Shown here: positions 48,939-60,948 of the stretch, in pieces
Position numbering within the stretch: the first letter of the stretch is position 1
Layout of the letters: each line of letters begins with the position of its first letter
Assembly (NCBI RefSeq): GCF_902713615.1
Contig: NC_052153.1
Location: 133,713,879 to 133,777,878, forward strand
DNA length: 64,000 bases
Source of the DNA: Scyliorhinus canicula
Lineage: Eukaryota
Direction: 5' to 3'
Made by a program: the position numbers and the translations under genes
The notes under the pieces: generated by a model
What the model saw: the letters and a program-made list of their open reading frames with translations, nothing else
Database searches by the model: none
What the model was told of the DNA's origin: nothing

Positions 48939-49784
48939 CTAGTTCAGGTCCAGCTTTTCCTCCCGAACAAAAGTCCATGCCTCCTCTGGGGTCTCAAAGT
49001 AATGGTGCTGGTCCTTGTAGGTGACCCACAAGCGCGCTGGCTGCAGCATTCCGAACTTGATCCTCTTTGCGTGCAGCACCGCCTTCGTCCGGTTAAACCG
49101 GGCCCGCCGCTTTGCCACCTCCGCACTCCAGTCCTGATATATCCGCACCGTCGAATTCTCCCATTTGCTGCTTTTCTCCCTCTTGGCCCACCTCAGCACT
49201 TTCTCCCGATCACAGAAACGCTGGAATCGCACCAGCACCGCCCTCGGGGGCTCGTTCGCCCTAGGCCGCCTAGCCATGACCCGATATGCTTCTTCCAGCT
49301 CCAGAGGCGATGGACCGGCCCCCTCTCCCATCAGGGAGCTCAGCATCTCCGCTACATATTTCGGGAGATCAGGCCCCTCCAGGCCTTCTGCTAGGCCCAG
49401 GATCCTCAAGTTCTTCCGCCTCATTCGAGTGTCCAGCTCCTCAAAGCGGCTCTGCCATTTCAGGTGGAGTGCCTCGTGCACCTCCACCTTTCCCACGAGG
49501 ACCGTGGCCTCCTCCTCCCTTGCAGTCATCTCCTGCTCCAGCTCTCTTATCGACGCCTCTTGGGTCGCCTGGGCCCCCATCAGCCTTGTGGTCGTCGCGT
49601 TCATAGACTCTAAGAGTTCCACTTTCAGCTCCGTAAAACACCGGAGGAGAGCGGCCTGCTGCTCCTCCGCCCATTTTCTCCAATCTTCTAGTGCGCCACC
49701 GGCCGCCATTTTGGTCCTCTTCCCCCGCTTTTTTCGGGGAGCTGCTGCCGCTTTTTTTGTCGCCCCACTCCGAGTACCGACCAT
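48939..49784 (-). CDS. L1 ORF1p (coiled coil, RRM, CTD)
   Basis: RMRRKNLRILGLAEG, LEEAYR, PRAVLVRF, VRIYQDWS, PARLWVT. First ATG at 49784; the frame stays open upstream to at least 49895. Confidence 0.93.
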   Translation of the reverse strand: MVGTRSGATKKAAAAPRKKRGKRTKMAAGGALEDWRKWAEEQQAALLRCFTELKVELLESMNATTTRLMGAQATQEASIRELEQEMTAREEEATVLVGKVEVHEALHLKWQSRFEELDTRMRRKNLRILGLAEGLEGPDLPKYVAEMLSSLMGEGAGPSPLELEEAYRVMARRPRANEPPRAVLVRFQRFCDREKVLRWAKREKSSKWENSTVRIYQDWSAEVAKRRARFNRTKAVLHAKRIKFGMLQPARLWVTYKDQHHYFETPEEAWTFVREEKLDLN

Positions 49785-50899
49785 AAAGTTGGTCTCACTC
49801 TCCTCAGGGAGCCTTCCCCCACCGGGATTCGTCTTTACAGTACCGTCGGGGCCCTCCAATCGGCCCTTAAACACCTTTGTCGCAGGAGCTGCCAAATGTG
49901 CGACTTAGCTGGTCATAGCCGCAACCGGAAGTCCTGTTCAATGTTCTCGAACCCCTTCTTCTTAATCAAGAGCATTCCCTGATGGCCCAGCGCAAGCAAG
50001 CCAACATGCATGCCCCATAGTATATTGTCTCCTGGAACTGGGGCACCCGGCGATAGTGGAGAATCCTGCAGCCCTGGCATCTTGGTGGATCTGGCCCACA
50101 TCAAAGTTGATATAACCTGATGCCCGGGCACACAAGGCAGCCGTTACCTCACGGATGCACTTGTGGGCTGTAGCTTGGGAAATGCTGCACAAGTCCTTGT
50201 TCAATCCCTGGAATGATCCGGTTGCAGGGAAGTTCAGGGCTGCGGTAAACTTCAGCAGGCCACCAGGAGTGGGTGTCCTTCTCCTCCACGGGGTTGGAAG
50301 GATATCCCAGTGCTGAAGCCCAGCTCTTGAGTGTGTGATTGTTGGCTGCTGCCTCTTAGGTGCTCATGCTTCTGGAGTTCAGGCAAACTGTTCAGGCTTC
50401 AAAGTTTGATTGAAATGCGATGCAATAATCATCATTTGAGACATGGCAAGTGGACTCTTGAGAAGACACGTGAGAATATTTTGTTTATTAAACAGTCAAC
50501 AGTAACTAAGATTTGAAAACCAGCCATGCACCATTAGACACATCACACCAACCCAGCAAACAAGAAGGAAACATCAACACTCCACACTGGCATAATACAA
50601 AACTACAACAGTTTATCTTCTAAGAAAAACACACAGCATCACCCCTCGCCGGTTCCTCAACAGAAATGGAGGACAAGCCCGAGAGTGTGCCACCATGTCC
50701 AGAATCCTGTCGCAGAAAAGATCTGTCCATCAATGTGTGACATGTTCCACGTATCAATGCCATTCGCCATCCAGGAGCCGTAGTTGTGCAGGCCCTCCCA
50801 CATGGCCCAATCTCACCGGAACCAAATCCCAGCATCCACACACTCCACTGGTGCTCAAGGTGCAGCCTAACATGGTACCTGCCTAAACTGAAACCATCT

Positions 50900-51346
50900 G
50901 CACTTATGGAGTCTGTATCCTTCCATTCCCAGCCTATTCATATAGTCTAGATATCCCTTAAATGTCGCTATCGTACCTGCTCCCATCACCTCCCCAGGCA
51001 GCGCGTTCCATATATTTACCACCCTCTGTGTAAAAAACGTGCCTCGCACATCTGCTCTAAACTTTTCCCCACACACTTTAAACCTATGTCCCCTAGTACT
51101 TGACTCGCCTACCCGAGAAAAGAGCATCTGACTATCCACTCTGTGCATGCCACTCATAATCTTGCAGAGCTCTCAATCTCTATCACGCCAGTGAGAACAG
51201 ACTGAGTTTATCTAACCTCTCCTCATAGCTAATGCCCTCCATATCAGGCAACATCCTAGCGAACCTCTTCCGTACCCTCTCCAAAGCAACCAAATCCTTC
51301 TGGTAGTGTGGTGACCAGAATTGTACACAGTATTCCAAATGAGGCT
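50900..51346 (-). mobile_element. CR1 3' fragment
   Basis: TRGHRFKV...FFTQRVVNIWNALP. Confidence 0.85.
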
Positions 51347-51902
51347 TTTCCTGAAAATGGAAATGATTGCTGACCTCCTCAGTTCCCCTCAGCAGCTATT
51401 GCGCCAGCTTAATGTTTTTAAAAAGGAGTACTAAACAACACCTGGGTAATTTCTCACTGGGGAGCCAGTTATTCACGGGAGGCCGTTGCATTTGAATTTA
51501 ATCTTGCTAATGAGATGGAAATTAATGCAAATTTGGGTTAATGATATGCTCTCCATATTTGGGCGTGATCGGGAACTCGCCATCGGGAATGGGTCGGTTA
51601 GATAACAAGCTGTTTCACACCCGCATGAACTTTGAATTTGGCCTTTCCTGTTATTTAACCAGCACGCCCAGATCCCTGCCGGGCGCAATACGGTTATTAT
51701 ATTGCATCCATGGTGTCAGTTTTCACATGTATTATGTGCAGGTTATGTGGATTGGCCATACTAAAAAAATCTGCCTCTTAGTCTCCAAAGATGTGCAGGT
51801 TAGGTGGTGTCACTACCTACTTATTATCTAAATGGGGGAGACTTCGGGGTGCTCTGGTGCAGAGGGATTGTGCATGAGCCGCAGTTAACTAGCATGCAGG
51901 TG

Positions 51903-52188
51903 ATAATAATCTTTATTGTCACAAGTAGGCTTACATTGCTACTGCAATGAAGTTACTGTAAAAAGCCCCTAGTCGCCATATTCCAACACCTGTTTGGGTA
52001 CACAGAGTGAGAATTCAGAATGTCCAAATGACCTGACAACACGTCTTTACTTGTGGGCGGAAACCGAAGAAAACCAACGCAGACACGGGGGGAACGTGCA
52101 GACTCCGCACAGACAGTAACCCAAGCCGGGAATCGAATCTGGGACCCTGGCGCTGTGAAGCCATAGTGCTAACCACTATGCCACCGTG
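51903..52188 (-). mobile_element. HE1-head SINE with (ATT)n tail
   Basis: Homologous to 569-878. Confidence 0.85.
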
Positions 52189-53001
52189 TATAGCAGGTAA
52201 TAACAAAAGCGAATGGAATGTCGGCATTTATAGCTAAAGGAGCAGACTATAAAGGAAAGAAAGTGTTGTTGCAATTATACAAGGCATTGGTGAGACCACA
52301 ATTGAGCACAGTATTGGTCCGCTTATTTGAGAAAAGATGTAGTGGCATCAGAGGAGGTTCACTAGATTGATTCCAGGGATGAGGGGTTTGTCATATGAAG
52401 AGAGATTGAACACTTTAGGCCTATATTCTCTGAAGTTTAGAAGAATTAGAGGAGATCTAATAGAGGTATATAAGATGATGAAAGGTATGGATAAAGTAGA
52501 TGAGGAGTGGATACTTCCTCTTGTGGAGCATTCTAGAACGAGATGTCATAGTCTCAAGATAAGAGATAGCAAATTTAAAAGAGAGATGAGGAGAAAATAC
52601 TTCTCACAAAGGACATTAGTGTCCTCGTGCATCAGTCTCTGAAAATAAGCACGCAGATACAGCAGACAATAAAGAAGGCAAATGAAATGTTGGCCTTCAT
52701 AGCGAGAGGATTTGAGTAAAGGAATAGGAATGTTTTACTGCAATTGTATAAGGTATTGATGAGGCCAAACCTGGCATATTGTGTGCAGTTCTAGTGTCCT
52801 TACCTGAGGAAGGATGCTATTGCTGTGGAGGCAGTCCAGCAAAGGTATACCAGGCTGATCCCTGTGATGGTGGGACTGTCATATGAGGAGAGACTAAGTT
52901 GGTTATGATTACATTCATTGGAATTTAGAAGAGTGAGAGCAGATCTCACAGAAAATTATACAAATTCTAGCAGGATTAGACAGGGTAGATTCAGAAAGAA
53001 T

Positions 53002-53610
53002 GGGCGGGATTCTCCGACCCCACGACGGGTCAGAGAATCGCCGAGGGGGGGATTGCGAATCATGCAACGCTGCTCCGACGCCGCTCAATGCGGTACCCCT
53101 GGTGATTGTCCCCGCCGAATTAGACCAAGTCCCGCCAGTTCTTGTGTGGTCCTACCCGGCAGGACCCTGGTGGGGGGGGGGGGGGGGGGGGGGGGGATCC
53201 GAGCCTGGGCGAGGCCTCCACGGTGGCCTGGCCCGCGATCGGGGCCTACCGATCGGCAGGTGGGCTTATCCCGGTGGGGGCCTATGTTCCTCCACCCCAG
53301 GACCCTGGAGGTCTCCGCCATGTTGCTTCGGGGCCGACGCGGAGATGGCAACCTATGCGCATGCGCGAACTCGCGCCAGCCATTGTGTCCATGCGCGAAC
53401 TCGCGCCAGCCTTGGCGCGCATGCGCGGACCACGGCGACCGTGCTGACACCCGTATCGGCAGCTGGAGCAGCGTGAGGCTCTCCAGTGCCATGCTGGGCC
53501 CCTGTGCAGCGCAGGATCGCTGATCCGAAGGGCCAGATGACACCACCATAAAACGTTCTGGTGTTTATGACGGCATCAACACTTAGCCCCAGGATCGGAG
53601 AATCCCGCCC
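53002..53610. mobile_element. Intact Harbinger-type MITE
   Basis: Perfect 16-bp TIR GGGCGGGATTCTCCGA; 3-bp TSD AAT (52999-53001, 53611-53613); removing it restores the CR1 sequence. Confidence 0.92.
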
Positions 53611-54444
53611 AATGTTCCAATGGTGGGGTAGAACTAAGGGTCATAGTTTTGAGGATGCAGGGTAAACCTTTTAGGACTGAGGTGAGGAGTAATTTCTTCA
53701 CTCAGAGAGGGATGAATCTGTGGAATTCATTACCTCAGCAAGTAATTGAGGCCAAAATATTATGTAATTTAAAGAAAAAATTAGATATAGCTCTTGGGGC
53801 TAAAGGGATCAAGGGATATGGGGGAAGGCGGGATGAGGGTATTGAAATTAATGATCAGCCTTTTTAAAAAACAATTTAGAGTACCTAATTAATTTTTTTC
53901 CCAATTAAGGGCAATTTAGCGTGGCCAATCTACCTACCTTGCACATCTGTGGGTTGTGAGGGCGAGACCCATGCAGACACGAGGAGAGTGTGTAAACTTC
54001 TCATAGACAGTGACCCGTAGCTGGGATCAAACCCAGGTCCTGGACACCATGAGGCATCAGTGCTAACCACTGCCCCACTGTACTGCCTCGATGATCAGTC
54101 ATGATCATAATGAATGGTGGAGCAGGCTCGAAGTGCCGAATAGCCTCCTCCTGCTTCTATTTTCTTTGAATGAGATCAGCCATGATTGTATTGCATGGTG
54201 GAGCCAGCTGAAGAGGCTAAATTGCTTACTCCTGCTCCTAGTTCTTATGCTCTTATGTTCTAAGAAAGAACTATTCTGTCTAATTCCACCTCCCAGCTCT
54301 TGGTCTGTAGCCCTGTAGGTAACAGCACCTCAAGAACAAATAAGGTGTTCTTGATTAACGAGGGGATCAGGGGTTAGGGGGAGAAGGCAGGAGAATGAGA
54401 AAGAGTAAGATATCAGCCATGATCGAATGGCGGAGCAGATATTC

Positions 54445-54855
54445 AGAAAGGTGACTGAAAGCTTGATCAAAGAAAAGGGGGATAACAGGATAGAGAGGTT
54501 TGACTGGGAAATTCAAGAGCTTGGGGCCTTGGCAGTGGAGCACACAACTTCCAATGAAGGGTAATGGAAATCAGAAATCGCTGAAAGCCAGAATTTCAGG
54601 AATGCAGAGATATTGGAGGGTCGTGTGGCTGGAGGAGGTTACAGAGATAGGGATTGATGAGGCTGGAGAGGAATTTGAAAGCAAGGATGAGAATATAACA
54701 TGAGAATTTTAAAAGGCAGTTGCTGTCAGATTGGGGTCAGGTTAACAAGCATACAACTGATGGGTGAACAGGATCTGATGCGAATTAAGATGTGGGCAGC
54801 AGAGTTTTGGATGACCTTAGGTTAATGAAGGCTAATAGGTGGGAGATCAGCCAGA
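54445..54855 (-). mobile_element. L2 LINE 3' fragment
   Basis: Homologous to 32570-33180. Confidence 0.65.
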
Positions 54856-56574
54856 ATTTGTTTTTTCGACTAAATGTTAGTAACCATGTATTTTGGCATG
54901 TTAATAGATTGATAACGATTTTAGTACTTCACAAAGAAGGTGCAACCGTGAAATATGATTAATTGAGACATGGTATTAGCCTGGCTCTTGTTGCTGTGAT
55001 AGGTTTGATTTACAAGGCACTACTGGACAATTTGATGGCATTTATTTTTATCAAAAAAAAGGATGTGGTTTATAGTGAAACATGTGTCTGAGAACATTTG
55101 TAATATTATCCTTGGAGAATAATAAACAGATACTTGGAACATAAAATGGAGCATAGTTTACAGAAAATAATCCAAACATCTGTTTTAATGACATGGACCT
55201 TTAAGTGGATGAGATGTACATGGGAAAACAATGTTGATTCTGTAACTTTATAAAGTTTTATCAAAGCACAGTGCACTGCGGCACAGAGCTGCTAATATAA
55301 ACAATTTTCTCAATGTTTCTAGGCCACATGCCAAGTCCCAGGCTTCACTTACAAGCAAAAGGTCAGGAAGAAAGCAAAAGAAAAGAAATGACATGACAAT
55401 AAAACTTTAATGGACACTTACAGCAAAACTAACAGAAAGACACCTTGTGAAGTTTTAGAACATTTAAGGCACATTAGGTCATTCAATTTTCGTCAGTTAT
55501 TTTTATTCTTTCTCTTTTGTCCACATACATTTGATTTTGTTCATGGTGATGTAGGCCCCATTTCACTGCCTCTCACTGTGGAATTGATGAGGTGAACTTT
55601 ACAACCGGCCATATTGCTCACCCCCACCCCCGTAGATAAGCCGTTCTTGAGTCCGCCAACTTTAAAAAGAACTATCCCGCAGCAATATTATGCTGGGTGG
55701 GGCGGGTGACCCTAGCAAGGTGAGAGTCAGATTTACACCCCTCAGATGCAGGAAGTCCTGACCTCAAGATCTTCCCACCAATCTGGCTGGCTGGCAGTGT
55801 CAGAATGTAGAAGTAGCCATTGCTGGGACTACAAGGGAGTCCTAAGAAGAAGATCATGGATTCCAGGGTTTTTTGGATGGGGAGGGATTGGATACTCCAA
55901 CAAGCTTGGGACGGGGGTGGTGAGGGTCAGGTTGAAGTGGATGAGGAGGGGGAAGTACAAAAGGAGCTACTATGTTGGGGAGAGTGCCCTCAGTGAGCAG
56001 AGGGGACCCCCAAAGAATGTACCCTCTCTTCCCCTCTGCCTTTTACCCCCACTTGGGAAGTAGAAGGCTGGCCATTTCCTTTCTGCCTCCCCCCTCCCAC
56101 TGTATTATGGTGGAGAAGGCAGAAAGCTATCCTTAATTGGCAACTTACAGGCTTCAATAAGCCGAAGGGTGGATGGGCTGCTGATACCATATTCACCCAA
56201 AAAAATAGCTTTTCATTCTCACCATTTCTAATTATAAAATTAAAGATTACTTTCCTGTGCAAGTTTAATTTAATTTAATTTGCCAAAATTCCACTTGGGG
56301 GTAAAATAAAACACAGTAGCCTCAGAATTGGGCTGTGCGACAATAGGAGAGCAAGGTTACATTTGCTTATTGGAAATTAGTATCTTGCTGTTTTAGCAAG
56401 GAGCCAATCTGTTTAACACAACCTTATCACTTGTATTTGACATAATGGCTTAGATTTTTGTGGAGGCTCTGCACCTTTTCCAAAATGGTGCCCGGACCCC
56501 CAAACTGCAAGTCCCACCCCCATTTCCAACAGATCCTATTTTTACCATGAGTGAAAACGGCAAACTAGTTCACA

Positions 56575-56937
56575 CATGATCGGCAGGCCGGCCTCTCAAG
56601 CTGGGGGCCTCTTTTGCTCTGCACCGGCCCCTGTAGCCCTACAACATGTTGCGTCGGGGCCAGTGCGGAGAATGAAGCCACTGCGCATACGAGCATTGGC
56701 ACCGGTCCCACTGTGTATGCGTGCATTGGCGTTGGTCCCACTGCACACGCGCAGACCAGCGGCGCCTATTTGACGCCGGAATTGGTAGCTGGAGTGGCGT
56801 GGGCCTCTCCAGTGCCGTGCTGGCCCCCTGTAGGTGTCAGAATCGCTGATCCTGAGGGCATGTTGACACTGCCATGAAACGCGACGGCATTTACGATGGT
56901 GTCAACACTTAGCCTCAGGATCAGAGAAGCCCGCCCC
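56575..56937. mobile_element. Truncated copy of the 53002 MITE family
   Basis: GATCGGCAGG...TCAACACTTAGCC.CAGGATC..AGAAGCCCGCCC matches 53250-53610. Confidence 0.75.
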
Positions 56938-57173
56938 ATATTTTTGCTGTATTGAGGGCTGTTTCCCGGAGTGCGCGACTTACAATTTTTTTAGTATCGA
57001 TGGAAATGCTCTTAAAAGGTGGATAAGGTCTATGACACGATAAGGCTGCAGGATTATTTAAATCCCCTGCCCATTAAATAAAAAGAATACAGCCTGCCTA
57101 TGTCTCTGAGTTCAAAATAACTTGTGCTTGCAGTTTCAATAGCTGTTTATTGATGTAATCCTAAGTGCTAATG

Positions 57174-57503
57174 TGGCAAGGTGGCTTAGTGGTTAGCACT
57201 GCTGCTTCACAGCACCAGGGACCTGGGTTCAATTCCGTCCATGGGTGATTGTCTGTGTGGAGTTTCACTTTCTTCCAGTGTCTGCATGGGTTTTCTCTGG
57301 GTGCTCCGGGTTCCGTCCCACAGTCCAAAGATGTGCAGGTTAAGTGTATTGGCCATGCTAAATTGGCCCTTAGTGTCCAAAGATTAGGTGGGGTTTTGAG
57401 GACAGTGTGGGGGACTGGGCCTAGGTAGGGTGCTCTTTCAGAGGGTTGGTGCAGACAAGAAGGGCCAAAGGACCTCCTTCTGCACTGTAGGAATTCTATG
57501 TTC
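57174..57503 (+). mobile_element. HE1-type SINE
   Basis: tRNA head, V body, GAATTCTATG tail. Confidence 0.88.
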
Positions 57504-58149
57504 TTTCATTACAGCATTATTACAGGATGACTGCTTCCACAACCTGTTATTATCACAGTGGGGAGCTGTAAGATCACGGTATTATTGATAGCTCCAAGAG
57601 GTTATGAAAGGATTTTCTGTCTTTGATGTAGGGTTATGAATACAAATGTTTGTTTTTATCAGGGGTAAGCAATTGAGGCAATTTAAGTATATTGATTGGG
57701 CTTTTTTAATGAGTGATAATTTTATATAATGAAGTCTGTAATCAAACATAATTTCAGTTCAGCATGACTCCTGAGGTCTGCCCAAGGTGGATACTGGATG
57801 AGTTGGCACGGAGGATGTCAGGATAAAGTGTGATGGGTGAGGGGAATGGATTGGCATTAATTGGCACTAAGTTGCCATAGAGGCCACAAGGGGACATGCA
57901 GATAAATTAAAGGGTATGGGTTCGCACAGAGAATATGAGCGGCCATTGGAAATAAGTGAGGGGCGTGGGATGGCATGATTTGACATGGATAAACATGGGA
58001 AGTGTGTAGGGCGGTGAAAGGGTGTGAGGCATGTTGGCTAGAGAGCTTAATATTCAATACAACAACTGGGAAAAAGTTCCGTAGAATTGCAGTGAGCCTT
58101 TCACCAGCCTGCCTCAGCACTTGACAGCCTCCATGTCTGTAAATTTCAG

Positions 58150-59340
58150 ATGTAAATCTGAAATAAAAAAAACAGATCATCTCAGAAACACTCAGCAGGA
58201 CAGGCAGCAACTGTCAAGAGAGAAACAGAGTTAACTTTCCACGTCAAAAACTATTTTTCAGACTGGAAGATGTTTGAGGTATAACAGGTTTTGAGCCAAT
58301 ACAGGGACAGACAAAATGGAAAGGGATGAAAGCAGGAGGAATGTTTATGAAAGGTAGGAGCGAATAACTGACAAAAGAGAGGATGTTGTGAGGTAAAATG
58401 GATGTTAATGAGACAAGTAAAGACACAAAAGCTGACCTAGAGGAGTTGTGAATCGCAATAGCAAGATTGTTGCTAACCACCTATTATCTGAAAAAAAATA
58501 GGAGCAGTGGTTATGATCTGAAATTGTTGAACTCAGTGTTGAACCTAAAAGACTGTAAAATACCTATTTGAGAGATGTGGTAGCAGTCCTTGAGCTTCCA
58601 TTAAGCTTCACTAGAATGATATAGAAGGCTGAGGACAGAAAGTTTAGGTTGAAAGAGGCCGGTGTTCTGGCCTTTGCGTCCCTAGTAGCTCGGCGGAGGA
58701 TCTTGCTTCAATGGAAGGATGCGAGGCCCCCAAGCGTGGAGGCCTGGATCAATGATATGGCGGGGTTCATCAAATTGGAGAAGGTGAAATTTGCCCTGAG
58801 GGGATCAGTACAGGGGTTCTTTAGGCGGTGGCAGCCTTTCCTGGACTTCCTGGCGGAAAGGTAGGGAAATAGGCTGGCAGCAGCAGCAACCCAGGGGAGG
58901 GGGGGGGGGGGGGGGGGTTTGGTTCGGTGGGAGGGAGATCTGTGTACAAGGGTTGTGGGATGTGGCGGGTGTTATCTCTTTCCCTTTTGTTGTTTGGATT
59001 TTTTTTTCTTTTGTTTGCAGTTGCTTTTGTAGTTGGATGGGTGTTGTTCTTGGGTTTTTACCATGGTTGTTTTGTTAATATTGTTTTGTTGTTTATATTT
59101 TGTGAAAATCTTAATAAAAATTATTTAAAAAAAAAGAAAGTTTAGGTTGGATGGAGAATTAAATGACAAGTGACTGGAAGCTCAGGGTCATGCTTGCTGG
59201 CTAAACAAAGCTGTCCAGCAAATATGGCACCCAAGCAATGATTTGTCTCCTTATTATGGATATGAGCATCAAACACAGTACAGTATGTTAAAAGTACAGG
59301 TAAATTGTTATTTCACATGTAAGGCATATTAAGGATCTTG
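58150..59340 (-). mobile_element. Old Penelope-like 3' fragment interrupted by an L1
   Basis: AATCTGAAATAAAA..CTCAGCAGG.CAGGCAGCA.CTGT..AGAGAAACAGAGTTAAC resembles 22540-22630. Confidence 0.6.
58652..59134 (+). mobile_element. Young 5'-truncated L1
   Basis: C-terminus nearly identical to ORF2 above (LAFASLVARRRIL...FFRRWQPFLDFL); TSD AGAAAGTTTAGGTTG 58637-58651 / 59135-59149; AATAAA and A tail. Confidence 0.93.
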
Positions 59341-60039
59341 AATGGTGGGAAGGGAGAAGGTGAAAGGACAGGTGTTGGCATCTTTTTGACCCATCTTTTG
59401 TTCTTGTACTTGTCCCATTATCAATCCATTTTACCATTCTTCTCTTCAATGTCATCACTGACCTTCCTGTTTGTTCTTTACTGCCCACACCCCAATTTTC
59501 CTTTTCCTGTCTACGAACTTGCTTACACCTGTGACACCTCCAACGTCTGCCAGCCTGGCAAGATGTCGCTGCCCTGAAACATTTGGCCTCTGCTGCGACA
59601 GATATAGAGGCAGGCAGCTGCTAAAAATAGTGCCACTGGCCTGCATGCCAGCTCCCTAGTTCAATCCTGACCTGATTAAACTCATAATGGTCACTTAAGG
59701 CCAATTGAAGGGGATTGAGTGGGACTTTCCTGTCGGTCTCCAAACTCCTGGAAGTGGCAGGAGCCAGTTCAGGTGCTGGAGGCGGCAAGTGTGCAGCAGA
59801 CCAGATGCTGCTCTGTAGATGTGCCCTGCACCCCCACCCTCCCCCCATTGAGGACAAATAAAGGCTGGGATTGACAGGTTTTTAACCTCTCAGGAAATTA
59901 AGGGAAATGGGGATCAAGTGGGAAAATGTATTTGAAGCCCAAGGTGAGCCAGTATCATATTCAGTGTTGGAGCAGGCCTGATGGGCCTTATGGTCTACCC
60001 CTGCTACTATTTCTCATGTGGTTCTTTTCTTGTGAGCCT

Positions 60040-60660
60040 CACCACTCAGGCAGTTGAGTTATGGATGACCACAATTTCATGGAGGATAGAATATGAGTGA
60101 TCAGCCAGTAGTGTGTTGGAATAGTCAAATCAAAGCTTAATGAAGGCACGAATGAGTTTGTCAGCAGCAAAGGAGCTGAGACAGACGCCAATGTTACGGA
60201 GGTGGAAATAGGCGGGGGTTTTTCCAATTAAGGGACAATTTAGTGTGACCAATCCACCTATGCACACCTTTGGGTTGTGGGGGTGAAACCCACACAGACA
60301 GTGGGAGAATGTGCAAACTCCACACAGACCGTGACCTGGGGCCGGGATCGAACCTGGGTCCTCAGTGCCGTAGGCAGCAGCGCTAACTACTGTGCCACCG
60401 TGCCGCCCTGGAAATAGAAGCCTTATGGATGAGACAAATATGAGTTAGGAAGATCATCTCAGGATCGGATGTGACACAAGAACTGGCTAAATCTGACTGT
60501 TCCCAGGGAGAGGGATGGAGTTGTTGCTTAGGAATAGAGTTTAGAGGGGTACCGGAAGCAATGGTTTCAGCCTTCACAATATTTAAGTGAAAGATATTTC
60601 CACTCTTCCTGTACTGGATGTCAGGTGAGCAGTCTGATAATTTAGCGGAGTAACGACGAG
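60040..60660 (-). mobile_element. L2 fragment with nested A-tailed SINE (~60220-60408)
   Basis: Homologous to 33100-33540. Confidence 0.65.
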
Positions 60661-60669
60661 GTAGTGTTG

Positions 60670-60948
60670 GTTGGCATTAGCTTACTGTTTCTTCACAGCG
60701 CCAGGATCCCAGGCTTGGGTCACTGTCTGTGCAGAGTCTGCACATTCTCCCTGTGTCTGCGTGGGATTCCTCTGGTTCCTCCGGTTTCCTCCCGCAAGTC
60801 CTGAAAAACGTGCGGTTGGACATTCTGAATTCTCCCTCCTTGTACCTGAACAGGCGCCGGAATGTGGCGACTAGGGGCTTTTCACAGTAACTTCATTGCA
60901 ATGTTAATATAAACCTACTTGTGACAATGAAGATTATTATTATTATTA
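60670..60948 (+). mobile_element. HE1-head SINE with (ATT)n tail
   Basis: Homologous to 569-878. Confidence 0.82.

Larger units (their letters stand above)
43882..49948 (-). mobile_element. Full-length, apparently intact L1-clade non-LTR retrotransposon
   Basis: Perfect TSD GAACCCCTTCTTCTT 43867-43881 / 49949-49963; TT|AAGA target; AATAAA (43899-43904) and A tail; two open ORFs. Confidence 0.97.
43660..50290 (-). pseudogene. Degenerate Harbinger transposase split by the L1 (43660-43866 and 49964-50290)
   Basis: LNFPATGSFQG..DLCSISQATAHKCIREVTAAL..., KKKGF|QSLNV, RYPGSVHDSYIL, GWLLVDKGYPL; L1 TSD falls in the KKKGF codons. Confidence 0.85.
51820..54165 (+). mobile_element. Two overlapping CR1 3' fragments with nested SINEs and a MITE
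   Basis: RGDLIEVYK (52367-52612); second copy from ~52613 resuming after the MITE (FFTQR..NLWNSLP); nested A-tailed SINE ~53861-54088. Confidence 0.85.

Noticed and set aside
49165-49908. 247-aa ORF antisense to L1 ORF1 (ORF0-like?)
   Set aside because: Non-ATG start, Ser-rich, in register with ORF1 codons; expected shadow ORF of a GC-rich coding strand.
52918-53549. Overlapping 100-200-aa ORFs
   Set aside because: GC-rich MITE interior is poor in stop codons; no coding signature.
58225-58266. Hammerhead-like motif in the old Penelope fragment
   Set aside because: Core (CUGAAAA) and stem II are degenerate; not a credible ribozyme.
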